From: Selaginella moellendorffii
Taxonomy: Eukaryota > Plantae > Lycopodiophyta
Reading direction: 5' to 3'
DNA length: 64,000 nt
Assembly (NCBI RefSeq): GCF_000143415.4
Contig: NW_003314411.1
Span: 124,452-188,451 of the forward strand
The notes under the pieces were generated by a model. It saw only the letters and a list, made by a program, of their open reading frames with translations, made no database searches and was not told the DNA's origin. Shown one piece after another: positions 47,960 to 61,280 of this stretch (position 1 is its first letter; each line of letters begins with the position of its first letter). Made by a program: the position numbers and the translations under genes.

Positions 47960-48560
47960 GCCTCAATAGTGTTTTCTCTATAGTCAAGCTGTATTTACAT
48001 TTTTATATGGTTTCTTTTCTCTCTGTCCCTTTTTTTCCTGGATTTTTTCGAGCTAGACTATGCAATGCAAGCTTTGTCCTTGATGCTCGTCATAAGCCCC
48101 AATCGTGACCGTCTGTCAATGGATTTGCAAAGCTGTGGAGCCCTGGTTGTCACCCTTGTAGTGGTCGGCGCAAAGGTATTTCTCTACGTAGTCCTGAAAG
48201 AAAGAAAAATCACTATTTAAGTTTAAGATCGTCTATAAAGTTCTAGTCTAAGAATCCTAGAGGGTTTTCTGGAAGGCCGGAAGTAATGCTATAGCGAGAA
48301 GCACTGCTCAATTGCAAGAGATGCCAGATCAAACAGGAGCGAGAAACCAAGTAGAAAAAACAGTAGCTACATTCGATCGCGATGGAGAGGAATCGAGGCT
48401 TTGTTTTGCTCGGAGAGCACAAACGAGGACAAGCAGTAGGCTCGAGGAGTAAAATATATTGATCAATGCAACAGTTAACACTGTGAAGTAGCAACAGTGC
48501 ATGGCTCATGAGACAAGGGAAAGATCAAGCAAATCATGACCAAGGTGAGAATCCAAAGGA
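47960..48560 (-). pseudogene. Duplicated fragment of GILT (last intron, last exon and 3' UTR)
   Basis: Colinear with 53820-54410 (caagctttgtccttgatgctcgtcataagccccaatcgtgaccgtct...). Confidence 0.8.
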
Positions 48561-48659
48561 AAGACCAAACTCTCCCAAAAAAGAAGATAAAATAACACAC
48601 CAAAGAACAGAAAAACTTCTCTTTCAAATTTAAATAAATAATTGCTACTATATAATCAC

Positions 48660-50130
48660 AAGCTTCATTCAGAATCTTGAGCTTCATTTATTTCATGCTG
48701 TGGCTATATTATTTTCCAGTTCTTGTTTCTTCAACTCTTGCATGAGCCCTGATACATACTCCCATTGATCCTCTGGAATATAGATCTTTCTCGCCAACTG
48801 AACCGTCTCCCTCTCCTATAATGCGCATTGTAAACCTGACCAAAAAATTCAAAAAATAAAAAAGCAACAAACAAAATTTTTTACATCGCGAGGAGTCCAC
48901 TTGGTCACCTCCCGACCCATCAAGGTTTTCAGCATCCCCTCGTAAAACAGATGCGAGCTTTTATGAAGTTTTTGGTCTGAACGAAAACCTGGCATTCTGA
49001 GCCCCTAAAAACCATGCGAAAAAAAAGAACTAAGAAAAACAATGAAAACGGACATAACATACCCATGGATGGATGAAAAGCCTGCGCACTGGATACCTTC
49101 CATCTGGGATCTTAATCTGTTGACAATGAAGATTCGCCCTCCATTCCGCAAATCTCTTCGGATCATTCTCCGACATGGTGGCACACTCCCAGGGACGGTC
49201 AAAGGAAGAGCTTCTCTCTTCGTCAGAGGAAAACCTGCAGGGGATTGAGTTAGAAACTGAATATTCTGTTCAGCACTTACAAGCCAAACTCTCCTCAACT
49301 AGCTCCTCGTTTTCCACTTGAACAAACTCGTGGATTTCAACATACCCGTAGTACCATGCCCCACACCTGGATGCAAACCGGACGCCACTGCTCCATTCGT
49401 GCCCAAGCCAGGTTGTTAATCACAACAGCAGCCAGCTGATAGAGATTCTCGCTACTGCAAGCTTGCAAATGTTTCATGCCAAGAACTTCGAGCTATTTGG
49501 CTTCTTACAGACCTTCCGCTGGCGTTTTTCTTGAAGTCCACCGCCACCCGCAGTTCCTCGCGGAGGCCCCTGTAAACTTTGACGAACACATTGGAGTGCA
49601 TGGGCTGCAGGCTAGTCGGGTCTCCTACATCTTCACCGTCTTCTGCAAAAAGCTCTAGAGTCTCTTTGGCATAGCCCATGACAAACTCGGAGCTGCACAA
49701 TGGCATCAGATCTATAATATACGTTTTAGTAACGGTTCGTACCTTGCATCTGTCTTGCTCATTCGCCGGACTGAAAGCATCAAGTGATAACTAGCAGCCA
49801 ACAAAAGAGAGAAAACCTAAGTTTGGGCGTGAACTCCCGGAATGTAGTCAGCAGAAGCTCTTGGATCATGCCCTGCCGTTTATCGTCGCCACCAGGATTT
49901 CCAGCTCGGAGTGCTTTGCCAACGGCAATGCTTGTGAGGAGATATGCTGTATTAACAGCTCATCTCAGGGAGCCGGAACTGGTCGTAGTGTGGCATGATC
50001 CGGTCTCCGTGATGGATTACGATGAGGCCATGGGAAGTTGTCCGTCGAGCTGACAAGGCGGAGTGTCGAACAAATCCTGAGTCTTATCCTCCTCCTGCGC
50101 GTCTTCTCGTCCAGCTCCAAAGCCCTAATG
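48660..50130 (-). pseudogene. Degenerate paralog of the uncharacterised gene at 51602-53329
   Basis: Exon-by-exon similarity (MPL.SSE..., VFVKVY...ELRVAV.FK) with deletions and a lost 5' end. Confidence 0.7.
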
Positions 50131-50391
50131 ATTTTCGTAAATAGGAATAGTTATTTTTCTGTATAGAATAGAAGATGGAAAGTTCTACTTGTCAATGTTT
50201 TCATTAGGTTTTACTAGGCCCTTCTATTTTCTTTCTCAGACCAGCATTAATTTATCAACCTTGGCAAGACTTGCTTGGTCATGGCTAATATTGCTTTCCT
50301 GTAGCCATAGCCATAATTAGCACTCATTTCATAATGGCTATAGCTAGCCAATGGCCCTCATTAGCACTTGGAAGTTTGTTTGATATAAATA

Positions 50392-50546
50392 TTATGATGC
50401 TGTATACTAATATTAGCGTAGTGGGATTTTGGTAGCCATCGGATTAGTTTTAATCCGAACCACTCACTCCTGTACATAAGTTAGGGTTTTTGGGCTAATT
50501 GATATGCACATTTTTGTATTCCCTTTCTATATTCCAAACACTCACA
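50392..50546 (+). mobile_element. 5'-truncated solo LTR of the gypsy family at 56476-61486
   Basis: gtatactaatattagcgtagtgg...ctaattgatatgcacatt...cactcaca matches the 174-bp LTR. Confidence 0.85.
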
Positions 50547-51254
50547 TATTATTTTATATTTAGATGATTAAGTCATTCAAAAATAATTAAATTGCTCCAT
50601 ATAGCAAGTCATTAAAGCTTTGTGGGAGGTGGGCTAAACTGTTTTACTTGGTTATTTAATATAAAATAATTAACTTCACCACAATGTTATAAGTAACTAA
50701 AGTGTGACTGAGAGATAATATATTTGAATTCAAATAAAAAATGAAGAAAATTACATTTTTTTAATCAATTAAAAGTATTAAATACTTAGAGTTAAGTATC
50801 TAGAGAACTAATCTAATTGGGCTAGACCTAAGAGGTAAGGTATCAATAGATTAAAGCTCTTGCAGAGGCATTTGAATGCAGAGAATGGCAAGCGTTGTGC
50901 AGAGAGATTGTTTGTCTTGGATCCAATCTTATATTGCATTTATCTTTTTTTACATGTATAGATAGTTTTTAACTTCTGTTCACAAGAGTGTGAATTTGCA
51001 AAAAAACATAATGAATTGTAAGCAACTAAAACAAAGAATTTAAAATATAATTCATTAGGGTTCAAATATAAAAAAAAGGGTTACAAATAAAAATGCAATT
51101 TAAATTCATAAAACATTCATGAAGATTTAGCCACCAAATGGTTTTTTAGGGCACATGCAGGTGCCCTACGCCAAATGCCAAAAAACCATGCCAAAAAAAG
51201 TGCTCAAACATGGGGCAGAAACAAGGAGATGTTGAAGCTCTAGAAGTCTATTAA

Positions 51255-51440
51255 ATTTCAGAGGTACACTATTGTGTCTTCTCTTTGCTAATTAACTAAC
51301 CACTTTTGCAGGAAGCAGCAAATGACAAAAATGGCATAGCTCATTGCACATACCCAGCAAATGACAGGAAGAAGAGTTCTCTCTCTAGTATGCTTGCGGC
51401 ATTAAAGCTATAAGAAGCTCCAGGATCTTAGGATCCACGC
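51255..51440 (+). pseudogene. Fragment homologous to the 5' region of the PPR gene (~5220-5650)
   Basis: cacttttgcaggaagcagc..aaaaatggcatag..ctctctct.gtatgcttgcggcattaaagctat..agctccagga is shared. Confidence 0.75.
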
Positions 51441-51601
51441 AATAAGATCTACACAAGTATGTAAAAGTGTGAGTCTTCAACATGGTGTCCTGGATGGAAA
51501 AGGAAAAGAGTAAGCAAAATCATGACCAATGCCACAACCTTCCCGAAGAAGACAAAACCGTGAGCAAAAGAAGAACTTCTTTCTCAAACAATCAATAAGT
51601 A

Positions 51602-53329
51602 TCACATTCCCAAATCTTGAGCTTGAGTTATTCCAGACGATGTTGTGGCTATAATATTTTCGACGTCTTGTTTCAACTCTTGCATAAGCCCTGGTACATA
51701 CTCCCACTGATCCTCTGGAATGCCGATCTTTCTCGCCAGCTTAGCCGTCTCCCCTCTCCTATAGTATGCACTGTAAACCTGAAAATGACAAAACAGAAAA
51801 TCAAAATCCAAGGTACAAAACAAAATTCACAAAAATAAAAAAAAACTTACATCGCGAGGAGTCCATTTCGTCACCTCCCGACCTACCAAAGTTTTGAGCA
51901 TCCCCTCGTAAAACAGGTGCAAGCCCTCCGACAGCTTTTTCGCTACACTAAAATCTGGCAAGGTTTCCCCCTGAAAAAGCAGAAAAAGAAAAAATAAAAC
52001 GAATCAAATCAAATCGAAACTTGACATAAGCCACACCCCAGGATGGATGAAAAGCTCGCCCACGGGATATCTCCCGTCTGGGATCTTCATCTCTTGTCCA
52101 TGAAGCTCCGTCTTCCATTCGGCAAATCTCTTCTGGACCATTCTCTGGGATGGTCGAACAGTCCCTGTGACGAGCTCTTCCTTTTTCTTTAGAGGAAAAC
52201 CTGCAAAGCACAGAATGGATCGCGTCAAAAGGTGAGCTATAGGAGACGAAATCTGCTGTTCACTTACAAGCCAAGCTTTCTTCGACTAGCTCCTCGTCTT
52301 CCACTCGAACAAACTCCTGGATTTCGATGTAGCCATAGTACCATCTCAGCTTGTCCCACACCTGGATGCAAACAGGAGGCCAATGCTCCTTGGATGGTGC
52401 CCGAGCGAGGCTTTTTATCACAAACGCGGCCGGCTGATAGAGATTCTCGCTACTGCAAGCAAATGTTTTCATGTAAAAGAACTTCGATCTATACTCACTT
52501 TGCGCTGGTCTTGAAGCTAACCGCCACCCGCAGTTCCTTGCGACGTCCCTTGCTGTAAACTTTGACGAACATATCGGAGTGCCTGTGCTGCATGTCAGAA
52601 TCCAGGGTTTTCGTCCTAGTCGGGTCTTCTACATCTTCATCCTCTTCAGCAAGATTTAGAATCTCTTCTTCGGCATCACCCAGAAGAAAGCCTTCGGAGC
52701 TGCGCAATGGCATATCAGATCTACGAGTACGTTTTAGTGACGATGTTTACCTTACAACTCTCCTGACTCTTTTGGATAGAATAGAACGGAGCATTCGCCG
52801 GACTGAAAGCATGATCAAGGATAAGTAGCAGCTAATAGGAAAGAAAGAAAAACTCACCCTCTCCATCCCCTTCCAGGAATTCTTCTAAAGCCTCTTCGTC
52901 CTTGTTCCTCACGGGGGCATGTTCAGGCAATGGCGAGGTGAAATCGCGGAATGTAGTCAGCAGAAGCTTTTGGATGCCTCGACCATGATCCCGAGGATCT
53001 TCGAGAGCTCGGACTGCTTTCCCAACGGCAATGCTCGCAAGGAGATGCACAGCGTTGACGGCTGGGAGCTCCATCTCGCGGAGCCGGAATTGGTCGTAGT
53101 GTGGCATCTGGTCACGATGGATTTTAACGAGGCCATACTTGAGAGAAAAGGTGCCTGAGTCGAGCTTACAAGGCGGAATTGTTAACAAACCCTCGCTCAT
53201 ATCTTTGTCCCTGTGCATCTTCTTCATGAGCCCCTCCAGCTCCTGCCACAGCCTTTCTGACTCTCTCCACTTCCGATTAAGCGTGCCAACCACCCGACCC
53301 AGCATTTTGGCATCCGCCTCCCACAACAT
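51602..53329 (-). CDS. Uncharacterised lineage-specific multi-exon protein
   Basis: Chain of minus-strand ORFs (52832-53329, 52495-52713, 52260-52472, 52004-52228, 51602-51823) flanked by GT-AG sites and conserved in the paralog; no family recognised. Confidence 0.55.
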
Positions 53330-53920
53330 CCTTCAAGCCCTAATCAGCTAGAATTACAATTATTATTCATTTAAACTGATTTTGTATTTAAAATTTATAA
53401 ACATATATTTTATAATAAATAAACACTCCAACACTCTTAAAGTATAAAAGAGTAGAGTTGTATTATAAAGAAGTTGTTTAGTTACTTAAAGATATATAAT
53501 TACATGATTGATTATTACATTAGTCAAATGTAAATTTAGAACTCTTACCCAATTTTATTCTAACATATGATAATTGAAGAAAAAAATTTATGCCCACAAA
53601 TACTCATTTAATAGGGTTTCATATCAATTACTTCTTCTAAGAATTCTTAACAAACCAAATGTTGTTTATTAATATGCAATAAGATTAATCTTGTGATTAT
53701 AAATTACAAACATGCTTATAATTATAAACTTCATTTGATCAATTGGATTAATAAGTAATAATAAAACTACCATTAAGTAAATCAACTGTTGCTTCATGCA
53801 ACGCGTAGCAGTTTTTTTTCAATACTATGCCTCTCTCTATCCCTTTTTCTATAGTATTTACACCCATAATAGTGTAGTATTTACATTTTTATATGGTTCT
53901 CTCTCGGATTTTTTTCAAAG

Positions 53921-55317
53921 CTACGCCATGCAAGCTTTGTCCTTGATGCTCGTCATAAGCCCCAATCGTGACCGTCTCTCAAAGGACTTGCAAAGCTGTG
54001 GCTTGTGGTCACCCTTGTAAGCGTCGCAAACGTATTTCTCTATGTCTCCGTAGTCCTGGAGGAAAGAAATGATGCCGGTTAAGTTTAAGACCGTCTAGAG
54101 AGTTCTAGTGTAATCTAAATGGTTTTCTGTGGAAGCCCGGAAGTAATGATATAGCGAGAAGCACTGCTCAATTCGAAGAGATGCCAGATCAAACAGGAGC
54201 GAGAAACCAAGGGGAACAAACAGTCTTTATACACGAGAAACGTTTGGATCACTATGGAAGGGAATCGGGGCTTTTTTTTGCTCGCGGAGATATGTGACAG
54301 CACAAACGATGACACACAGGAGTAAAATATAATGCAAGTTCCCTGTGGTGAGACAAGAGAAAGATCAAGCAAAATTATGACCAAGTTGAGAATCTCCAAA
54401 CAAAGGGCCAAACGGTGGAGTTCTTACCCAAAAGAGGGACACACCAAAAAACAAGAGCAAAGGAAGAAACTTGGAAGCTTAAACTAAGAACAGGAGCTCT
54501 TCGTACCTCATATAACGGGTTTCCATTCACGACCACCCATGGAACATATCTGTGCGGAGGATCAAGCTCGCCAGTGATCTTGGCATAGCCTTTTTCGAGC
54601 TGCGAGGATCACAAAGTTGGGAAAAAATGAGAAAGACAAAAAAACAGCAAAGAAACTGGAAGAAGAACTCGAACCAGTAAACCGGTAGGTCCTTTGTAGC
54701 ATTCCTCCACGAGTGTGATGTTGGCGATGGAGGAATTACAACTCTTCCAAGCCTCGGCAGCTATGGCCCTGGGAAGAGATTCGAGACAATAGATAAATGG
54801 GAACCACGCATCCTTCGCAAGAACACATTGGTTTTTTCGATTAATAGCAAGACGTAATTGATGCTCACCACTTTTGGCCAGAGGTGGATAGCGCATGACT
54901 GGATTATGTTGAGCTTGCACTCGTCGGGTCCGTGCTGCGAAGATCAAAACGAAGAATAATTTGACCAGATAAATCAATGATAAGAACCTGGCAAGTGATG
55001 TGACCACTGGAATCCATCCTCGCATTTCCATAGGGGATGATCTTCAGGTCGACAATCTCAATGAGGCCATTTGTAAAGAACTTGCTGAGGTAATTGACGA
55101 CGAAATTCGCGCAGAAGGGGCACAGCGATTCGGTGTAGAGCTCCACCGAAACTTTCTCCGCGTCCGCGCAGGTCTTAGCATCTGGATCCAAAAAATCTTT
55201 GAGTGCTGTAAAGCGATCCAATCTTTACGTACCTGGATCCGCGATCACCACAGCGACGAGGAAGAAGAGCGGCAAGGCCAGCAGCGAAGACGTAAGGCGG
55301 TGGTCCGCCATAGCCAT
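53921..55317 (-). CDS. GILT: Gamma-interferon-inducible lysosomal thiol reductase (GILT), multi-exon
   Basis: Signal peptide, VELYTESLCPFC (CxxC), PYGNA, CQHGPDEC.LN, FPFIYCLE, YVPWVVVNG, DY..IEKYVCDAYKG. Confidence 0.93.
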
Positions 55318-56883
55318 CAAACGCGACCTAGAGCGCCAGATATTTTTAAAATTTTTTTGGCCCGGCACACTCTTTAGGGGCTTTGCTTCACATACTTGCC
55401 ATGGAACTATTTGTAAATCATAGAGTGTGAGTATCAAGAAATATAGATTCCATGAATTCTAATTTCCACGCGAAGATAAGGTCGTACGTGTGAGAGAGCG
55501 AAAGCTTCCCTCTACTGAGGAGCTGCACGTAGGAAGACTAGATACATCCCAAATGATGCACCCAGTCTTGAAGCATCGATTTGCAGGAATGTGGCTAAAC
55601 GAGGAAGTCTAAGAAGCCAAAGCCTGGTCACTATTTAAACAGTTAGATATTAATATAATAGAAATTAAAAATTAGATCATATTAACCTTGAAAATTTTGT
55701 GGAAATGTTTATCACTTTATTCTATACAGAGAGAGAGAGAGAGAGCCTTGATAGGTTTAAAATTTACTCAAATATTTTAGAAAAAAGTAAATAAATTTTA
55801 AGACTTAATAATGCCTTGTTTCTCTCATAGATCATCCAAGTTTAATTTCTTGCCCTTATTGTTTTGATATTTTTACATGGATAATTTTTCCACCTTTAGA
55901 AAAGAAATATTGTACCTAATCTAAATGCCATACTCTAAGAATGCTACTGTTTGCTTCGAGGAACAGAGAGCGATTGAGCAAGTCTGCCAGCAAGCTGCGC
56001 GACTTGCGTTAGATAAAGCTTTCATATATTATTATTATAATAAAACTTTTCTCAAGTGATTACATGTTAAGAAGTCTTTTTCATTGGTCTCAAGAATTTA
56101 TTAGTTAGCTCTTTAAATCCAAAAGATCAAAATCTCATTTTCAACACTAATTCAAGTATGATAACTAGAAATCTCTAGAAGTTGATTTTGAAATTTTATG
56201 ATCTTACTGATTTAATATGTATACTATAAATCATGGCAATCCAAAGTTGAGCATCTTCTTTATTCATTTGTAAATATTTATGTGATATGCACATGTCATT
56301 GTGATTCATTTAATGCCCATATATATCCCTTGGGCAATTAAAATGTAGTAAGGCATTGATGGTAATGAGGCTTAGGTTCTTCTCGAAGATCAGACTCTTG
56401 GAAGTAAGCTAGAAGCTGAGGATCGAGTAGCAATCCATAAGTTATTTTTAAATATTATATAAGAAAATATTATTCTGTGAGGGCCAAGTGTACGGTTACA
56501 ATGCCGTATACTAATATTAGTGTAGTGGATTTTGGTAGCCATCGGATTGGTTTCAATCCGGACCACTCGCTTCTGTATATAAGCTAGGGTTTTTGGGCTA
56601 ATTGATATGCACATTTCTGTATTCCCTTTCCATATTCCATGCACTCACATTGGTGGAGGTGAGGGGCACCTTTGATTATCCCTGGGGAGTGCTTGGATTT
56701 GGGATTTCGGTTTAGATCTAGCTTTTGCATCGTCTAAATCTAGTTTTTTCCATTTCCTTTCTTTTGTTCTTTCCTTTCAGGATTTTGGTTTCGATCTAGC
56801 TTTTTGCATTGTCTAGATCTACCATTTCTTTCCAGCTTTTTTGTCATTTCTCTTCTTTTGCTCTTTCTTTTTCGTTCATCTTC

Positions 56884-57816
56884 ATGGCCGATCCACAATC
56901 TCCTCCTTTGACTCTAAAGCAGCAGTTGGTTCAATTGCTTGATGCTATGTGCTTGCAATTGAACAACCAAACTCAGTTGATGGCGGCGTTCACGGCACGT
57001 GGTACAACTCCTCCTGCTCTTGGTGCCAGTCCTCACGTTCGGCCGGAGTTCTTTCGCGGGAATCCTGGGGATGATGTGTACCATTGGTTCGATCACTTTA
57101 CGGTGATTGCCACATATCATTCTTGGGATGATGCTCGACGGTTGCGTGAGTTTCCCACATGTCTCCAAGGGACGGCGTTGCAGTGGTACAATGGTTTGAG
57201 CGCAGCTACTCGTGGGGATTGGAGTGTTCTCCCGGACGTCTTCAAACGCACCTTCGGACATGCCGATGATTGTGATGATGCTTTCCAACAATTGCATTGT
57301 CTTCGCCAAGGGCCATCGGAGTCGGTGATGCAATTTGGCGTTCGTTTCCGAAGTCTTTTGCTTCGTGCGGAGCCAAATATGTCGGAGCGGATCAAGCTAG
57401 GAATGTTGTGGCCAGCACTTCGTCAAGATCTTGTCGGACTTGTGCATGCACTTGCTCCTGCCACCCTTGACGATGCTCTTCGCTTGGCACAACGTTATGA
57501 GACGTCGCCTCTTCCACTTCTCGCTGCATGTCCTTCCGCTCCACTTCCTATGGGTGATGGTCCTGTTCCAATGGAGGTTGATGCTGCTGCTGCTCGAGTC
57601 CAAGGACAAGCGCGAGGATGTGGTCGTGGCCGTGATGTTCGCTGCTGGGCGTGTGATGAAGTTGGTCATACTTATCGGCGTTGTCGTTGTTTTCCGGATT
57701 GGCGACCTCCATTTCCTGGGTGGAGACCTTGGCGTCAGCAACGTCCCCTGGGTGCTGCTGCAGTGGAATGTCTGGACACCGAGATGCATCAGGGAAACGA
57801 GGAGTCGCGCGAGTAA
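56884..57816 (+). CDS. gag: Gag with CCHC zinc knuckle
   Basis: LQGTALQWY, LRQGPSESV..F, PVPMEVD, CWACDEVGHTYRRC. Confidence 0.9.
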   Translation: MADPQSPPLTLKQQLVQLLDAMCLQLNNQTQLMAAFTARGTTPPALGASPHVRPEFFRGNPGDDVYHWFDHFTVIATYHSWDDARRLREFPTCLQGTALQWYNGLSAATRGDWSVLPDVFKRTFGHADDCDDAFQQLHCLRQGPSESVMQFGVRFRSLLLRAEPNMSERIKLGMLWPALRQDLVGLVHALAPATLDDALRLAQRYETSPLPLLAACPSAPLPMGDGPVPMEVDAAAARVQGQARGCGRGRDVRCWACDEVGHTYRRCRCFPDWRPPFPGWRPWRQQRPLGAAAVECLDTEMHQGNEESRE

Positions 57817-60800
57817 CGGAGGGACCTTGCGCGAATAAATCAGTGACCCCTCCATCTTTCTTTCGGGAGTATCATCAAGGGGTTCACTCGGCACCAGTTC
57901 ATCCAGTGTTTACTTTCCAAGCTCGTTTTTATAACAAGAAGTCTCCTATTATTCTCTCCGTGTTGGTTGATACAGGTTCGAGTTTATCTTCTATTGCTTG
58001 ACCTGTTGCCACACGTTGTCGTCTACACTTGCGTCGTGCGGCAGAACCAGTTTTCATTCTTTATGGCAACGGCCGTACACATGCATGTGCACGGGATGAG
58101 GTGGACCTGGTTGTGCGTGTGGGCGATCTCGAGCTTGAGTTGCAGTCGTTGCGGGTGGTGCCGAGTCAAGCTTTTGACCTCATTCTTGGTATGGATTGGT
58201 TGTAGCGCAATCATGCCAAGTGTGACTTTGAGGCTTCTCCCCCTTGTCTCATACTTCCTTATGTTTCATCTATTCTTCTCACTTCCATACCTCTTCGTCC
58301 CTCTACTTCTACCTCTGCTTCCATTACTTTTGTTTCCCCACTCTTTCCTTCTGTGTTTCCATCTTGTTCTGCTTTTCCCTTTTCCGATCCCTCCGACGAT
58401 CTTTGTGTTGCAGCAGTTGACCGGCTCATGAAAGAGTATTCTGATCTCTTTGAATTTGACCTATCGTCTGGGGCCAAGATTGCCACACGTCATCCAATTC
58501 CCACCGGGGATGCTCGTCCAATCAAGGTTCCTGTTCGTCGTCGGTTACCTAAGGAGATCAAAATTTTACGAGCAAACGTCAAGGAAATGCTGGAAAAGGG
58601 TGTTATTCGGAAGTCGCGGAGTCCTTGGGCATGTGAACCTCATCTTGTGACGAAGCCTGATGGGAGTATTCGTTTTTGCATCGACTATCGTCCGTTAAAC
58701 GAAGTGACGATCCCAGATGTGTATCCTCTTCCTCACACTGCTGATCTCTTGGATCGTCTGGGGCGAAGTTGTTGGTTCACCAAGCTAGATCTTGCTTCTG
58801 GGTATTGGCAAGTACCAATGGCCGAAGAAGATATTCCTAAGACTGCTTTTCGTACACCATTTGGTTTGTACGAGTTCTTAGTGATGCCGTTTGGTTTGAA
58901 CAATGCTCCAGCAACTTTCCAGCGGATGATGGACGAGGTTCTTTGCGATATGCCGGAGGTGACTGCTGACTTCATTGATGATGTCTTGATCCACTCGGAG
59001 GGGATGTGGGAGGAGCACGTTCGTGATGTTTGTAAAGTGTTGGATCGGCTACGCGACGTTGGTTTAAAGCTGAAGCGGTCGAAGTGCGTGTTTGGGTCCA
59101 AGGACACAACTTATCTTGGGTACCGTATTTCTCGTGAGGGTTTGCAAGTTGATCCTGACAAACTTGTGGCTGTTCTAAAGTTCCCTACTCCGAAGTGTGT
59201 AAATGATGTGCAGCGCTTTTTGGGTAAGGTGTAGTATCTTGGTCGTTTTGTGGATCATCTTTCCGATCGCACTACACCATTGCAAGCGTTGCTGAAGTCA
59301 TCAACGTCATCTTTCATCTGGTCTCCGGATTGTGAGCGGGCGTTCGTGGATCTCAAAGAGTTATTGACAACTCCTCCGGTTTTGGCATATCCTGATTACA
59401 CTCGACCTTTTATTTTGCGTGTGGATGCTTTTGACATTGGTCTTAGAGGTGTGTTGATGCAAGAGAGCTCGAGTGTGCTTGGTCAGCGCTATCCCATTGC
59501 ATACATAAGCCGTACATTACAACCAGCGGAGATGAACTACTCCACGACGGAGAAGGAGTGTTTAGCAGCAGTCTGGGGTTTCAAGAAACTTCATGCATAT
59601 CTACATGGTTCTCGGACGTTACTTGAAGGTGACCATGCTGCTGTTACTTCATTATTGAAGCAGAAGAACCTGATTGGTCGTACGGCTCGATGGGCTTTGA
59701 AGCTTCAGATATATAATTTCGATGTTGTTCATTGCCTAGGGAGTTCTATGGCTGATGTTGATGCCCTTTCTCAAGCTCCTCTTCCTTCTTCATTCACTTC
59801 TCATCATTCTGACGAACCTGTTGTTCCAGCATCTGTGGATTTTCTAGATGAGGATTCTGTGCCGTCGGCGGTTGCTGTCCTTGACGTTCAGTGTCCACAG
59901 GGTGCAGAGCAAGATCTGCCTTCTCTTGAGGAGGTTCGCGAGGCTCAGAAGATTGAGCCGTGGATTCGAAGGCTTCGAGATGGGTTTGAGAATCCTGCAT
60001 CACTTGCTGATGACTTGCCTTTCCGGCATTTACATTCTTAATATTGCCTTGAAGATGGCCTTCTTTATTTTGTGGGGACGGATCCTGATGATCATTTACG
60101 ATTGGTGGTACCTTCGGTGTTTATTCCACGGTTTCTCCATGCCTACCATGATTCTCCTGTTCTAGGTGGGCATATGGGACACCGTCGTGTCACCGAGAAG
60201 CTGTGCAGGTCTTTTTATTGGCCGGAGATGCGACGTGATATTATCCGGTATGTGCGTAGCTGCGTTTGGTGCCAAGCTCGTAATACTCCCCCTTGTGCTG
60301 CGGAAGGACGGTTGGAGTCAATTGCAGTTTCCCATCCGTTTCAGTTGGTGGCGTTTGATCTTATGGGACCTTTTCCACGATCGACTGCTGGCAATGAGTA
60401 TGTTATTATTGCTTCTGACTACTTGACTCGTTGGGTGGAAGTTGGTGCTCTTGCTAGTGCCTCTGCAACTGCTGTTGGATACTTCCTCCTCAATCAAGTG
60501 GTGTTCCAGCATTCTTGTCCAGAGCGGATTCTTTTGGATAATGGTCCTGCATTTATGGCTGAGGTATTTCATGTTTTGACATCTCGGTTGGGGATACGCC
60601 ACACTTTTACGAGTGCTTATCATCCACAATCAGACGGTCTGGTGGAACGGCTCGTTCGGAAATTCAAAGGGATGATTTCGAAGTATGTGAACTTTCAGCA
60701 TTCGGATTGGGATGGTTATTTGCCGTCTCTTCGGTATGCCTATGTCACAGGGGTGCAGAGTTCTGTTGGTGCTTCACCATATAAACTTCTATATGGTCAT

Positions 60801-61280
60801 GATCCAATATTACCAACAGAGTTGGGTTTACCTTCGCGATTGCCACGAGCTCCTGATGCTAGGTCATGGGATCAGTATTTGACAAGCATTCTTCCACTTG
60901 TCCGAGCAAAGTCTGCCGAACACTTAGGCTGCGTACAAGTGGGACAACAACGGCGCTACAACTCCCATCATCATCCACCTGCGGAGTACAAAGTGGATGA
61001 TTTGGTGTTAGTCCGTTTTCCCCATCTTACGGTACGTGGTTTATCTAAGGGGCTCCTTGCGCAGTGGAAAGGACCATATTGGGTGTTGCGGCAAGTTGGA
61101 CCGCAAGTTTATGAGGTTCGGCATGATGTTCAGCAGGCCGATCCTCCGGAGATTGTGCATGTGCAGCGGTTAAAACGCTTCATACAAAGGGATAAGGAGC
61201 AGTTAATACCGTCTACAGATCTGCCGATGCCTCCTCCTGACGTTCCTTCAGATCCCGGCCCATCTACAAGAGAACCCTGA
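57792..61280 (+). pseudogene. pol: Pol (PR-RT-RH-IN) in the -1 frame with four in-frame stops
   Basis: VDTGSS protease, CIDYRPLN/MPFGLNNAPATFQ/FIDD RT, RNase H, HHCC + DDE integrase + GPY; stops at ~57999, ~58203, 59232 and 60039, all in the same frame. Confidence 0.92.
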
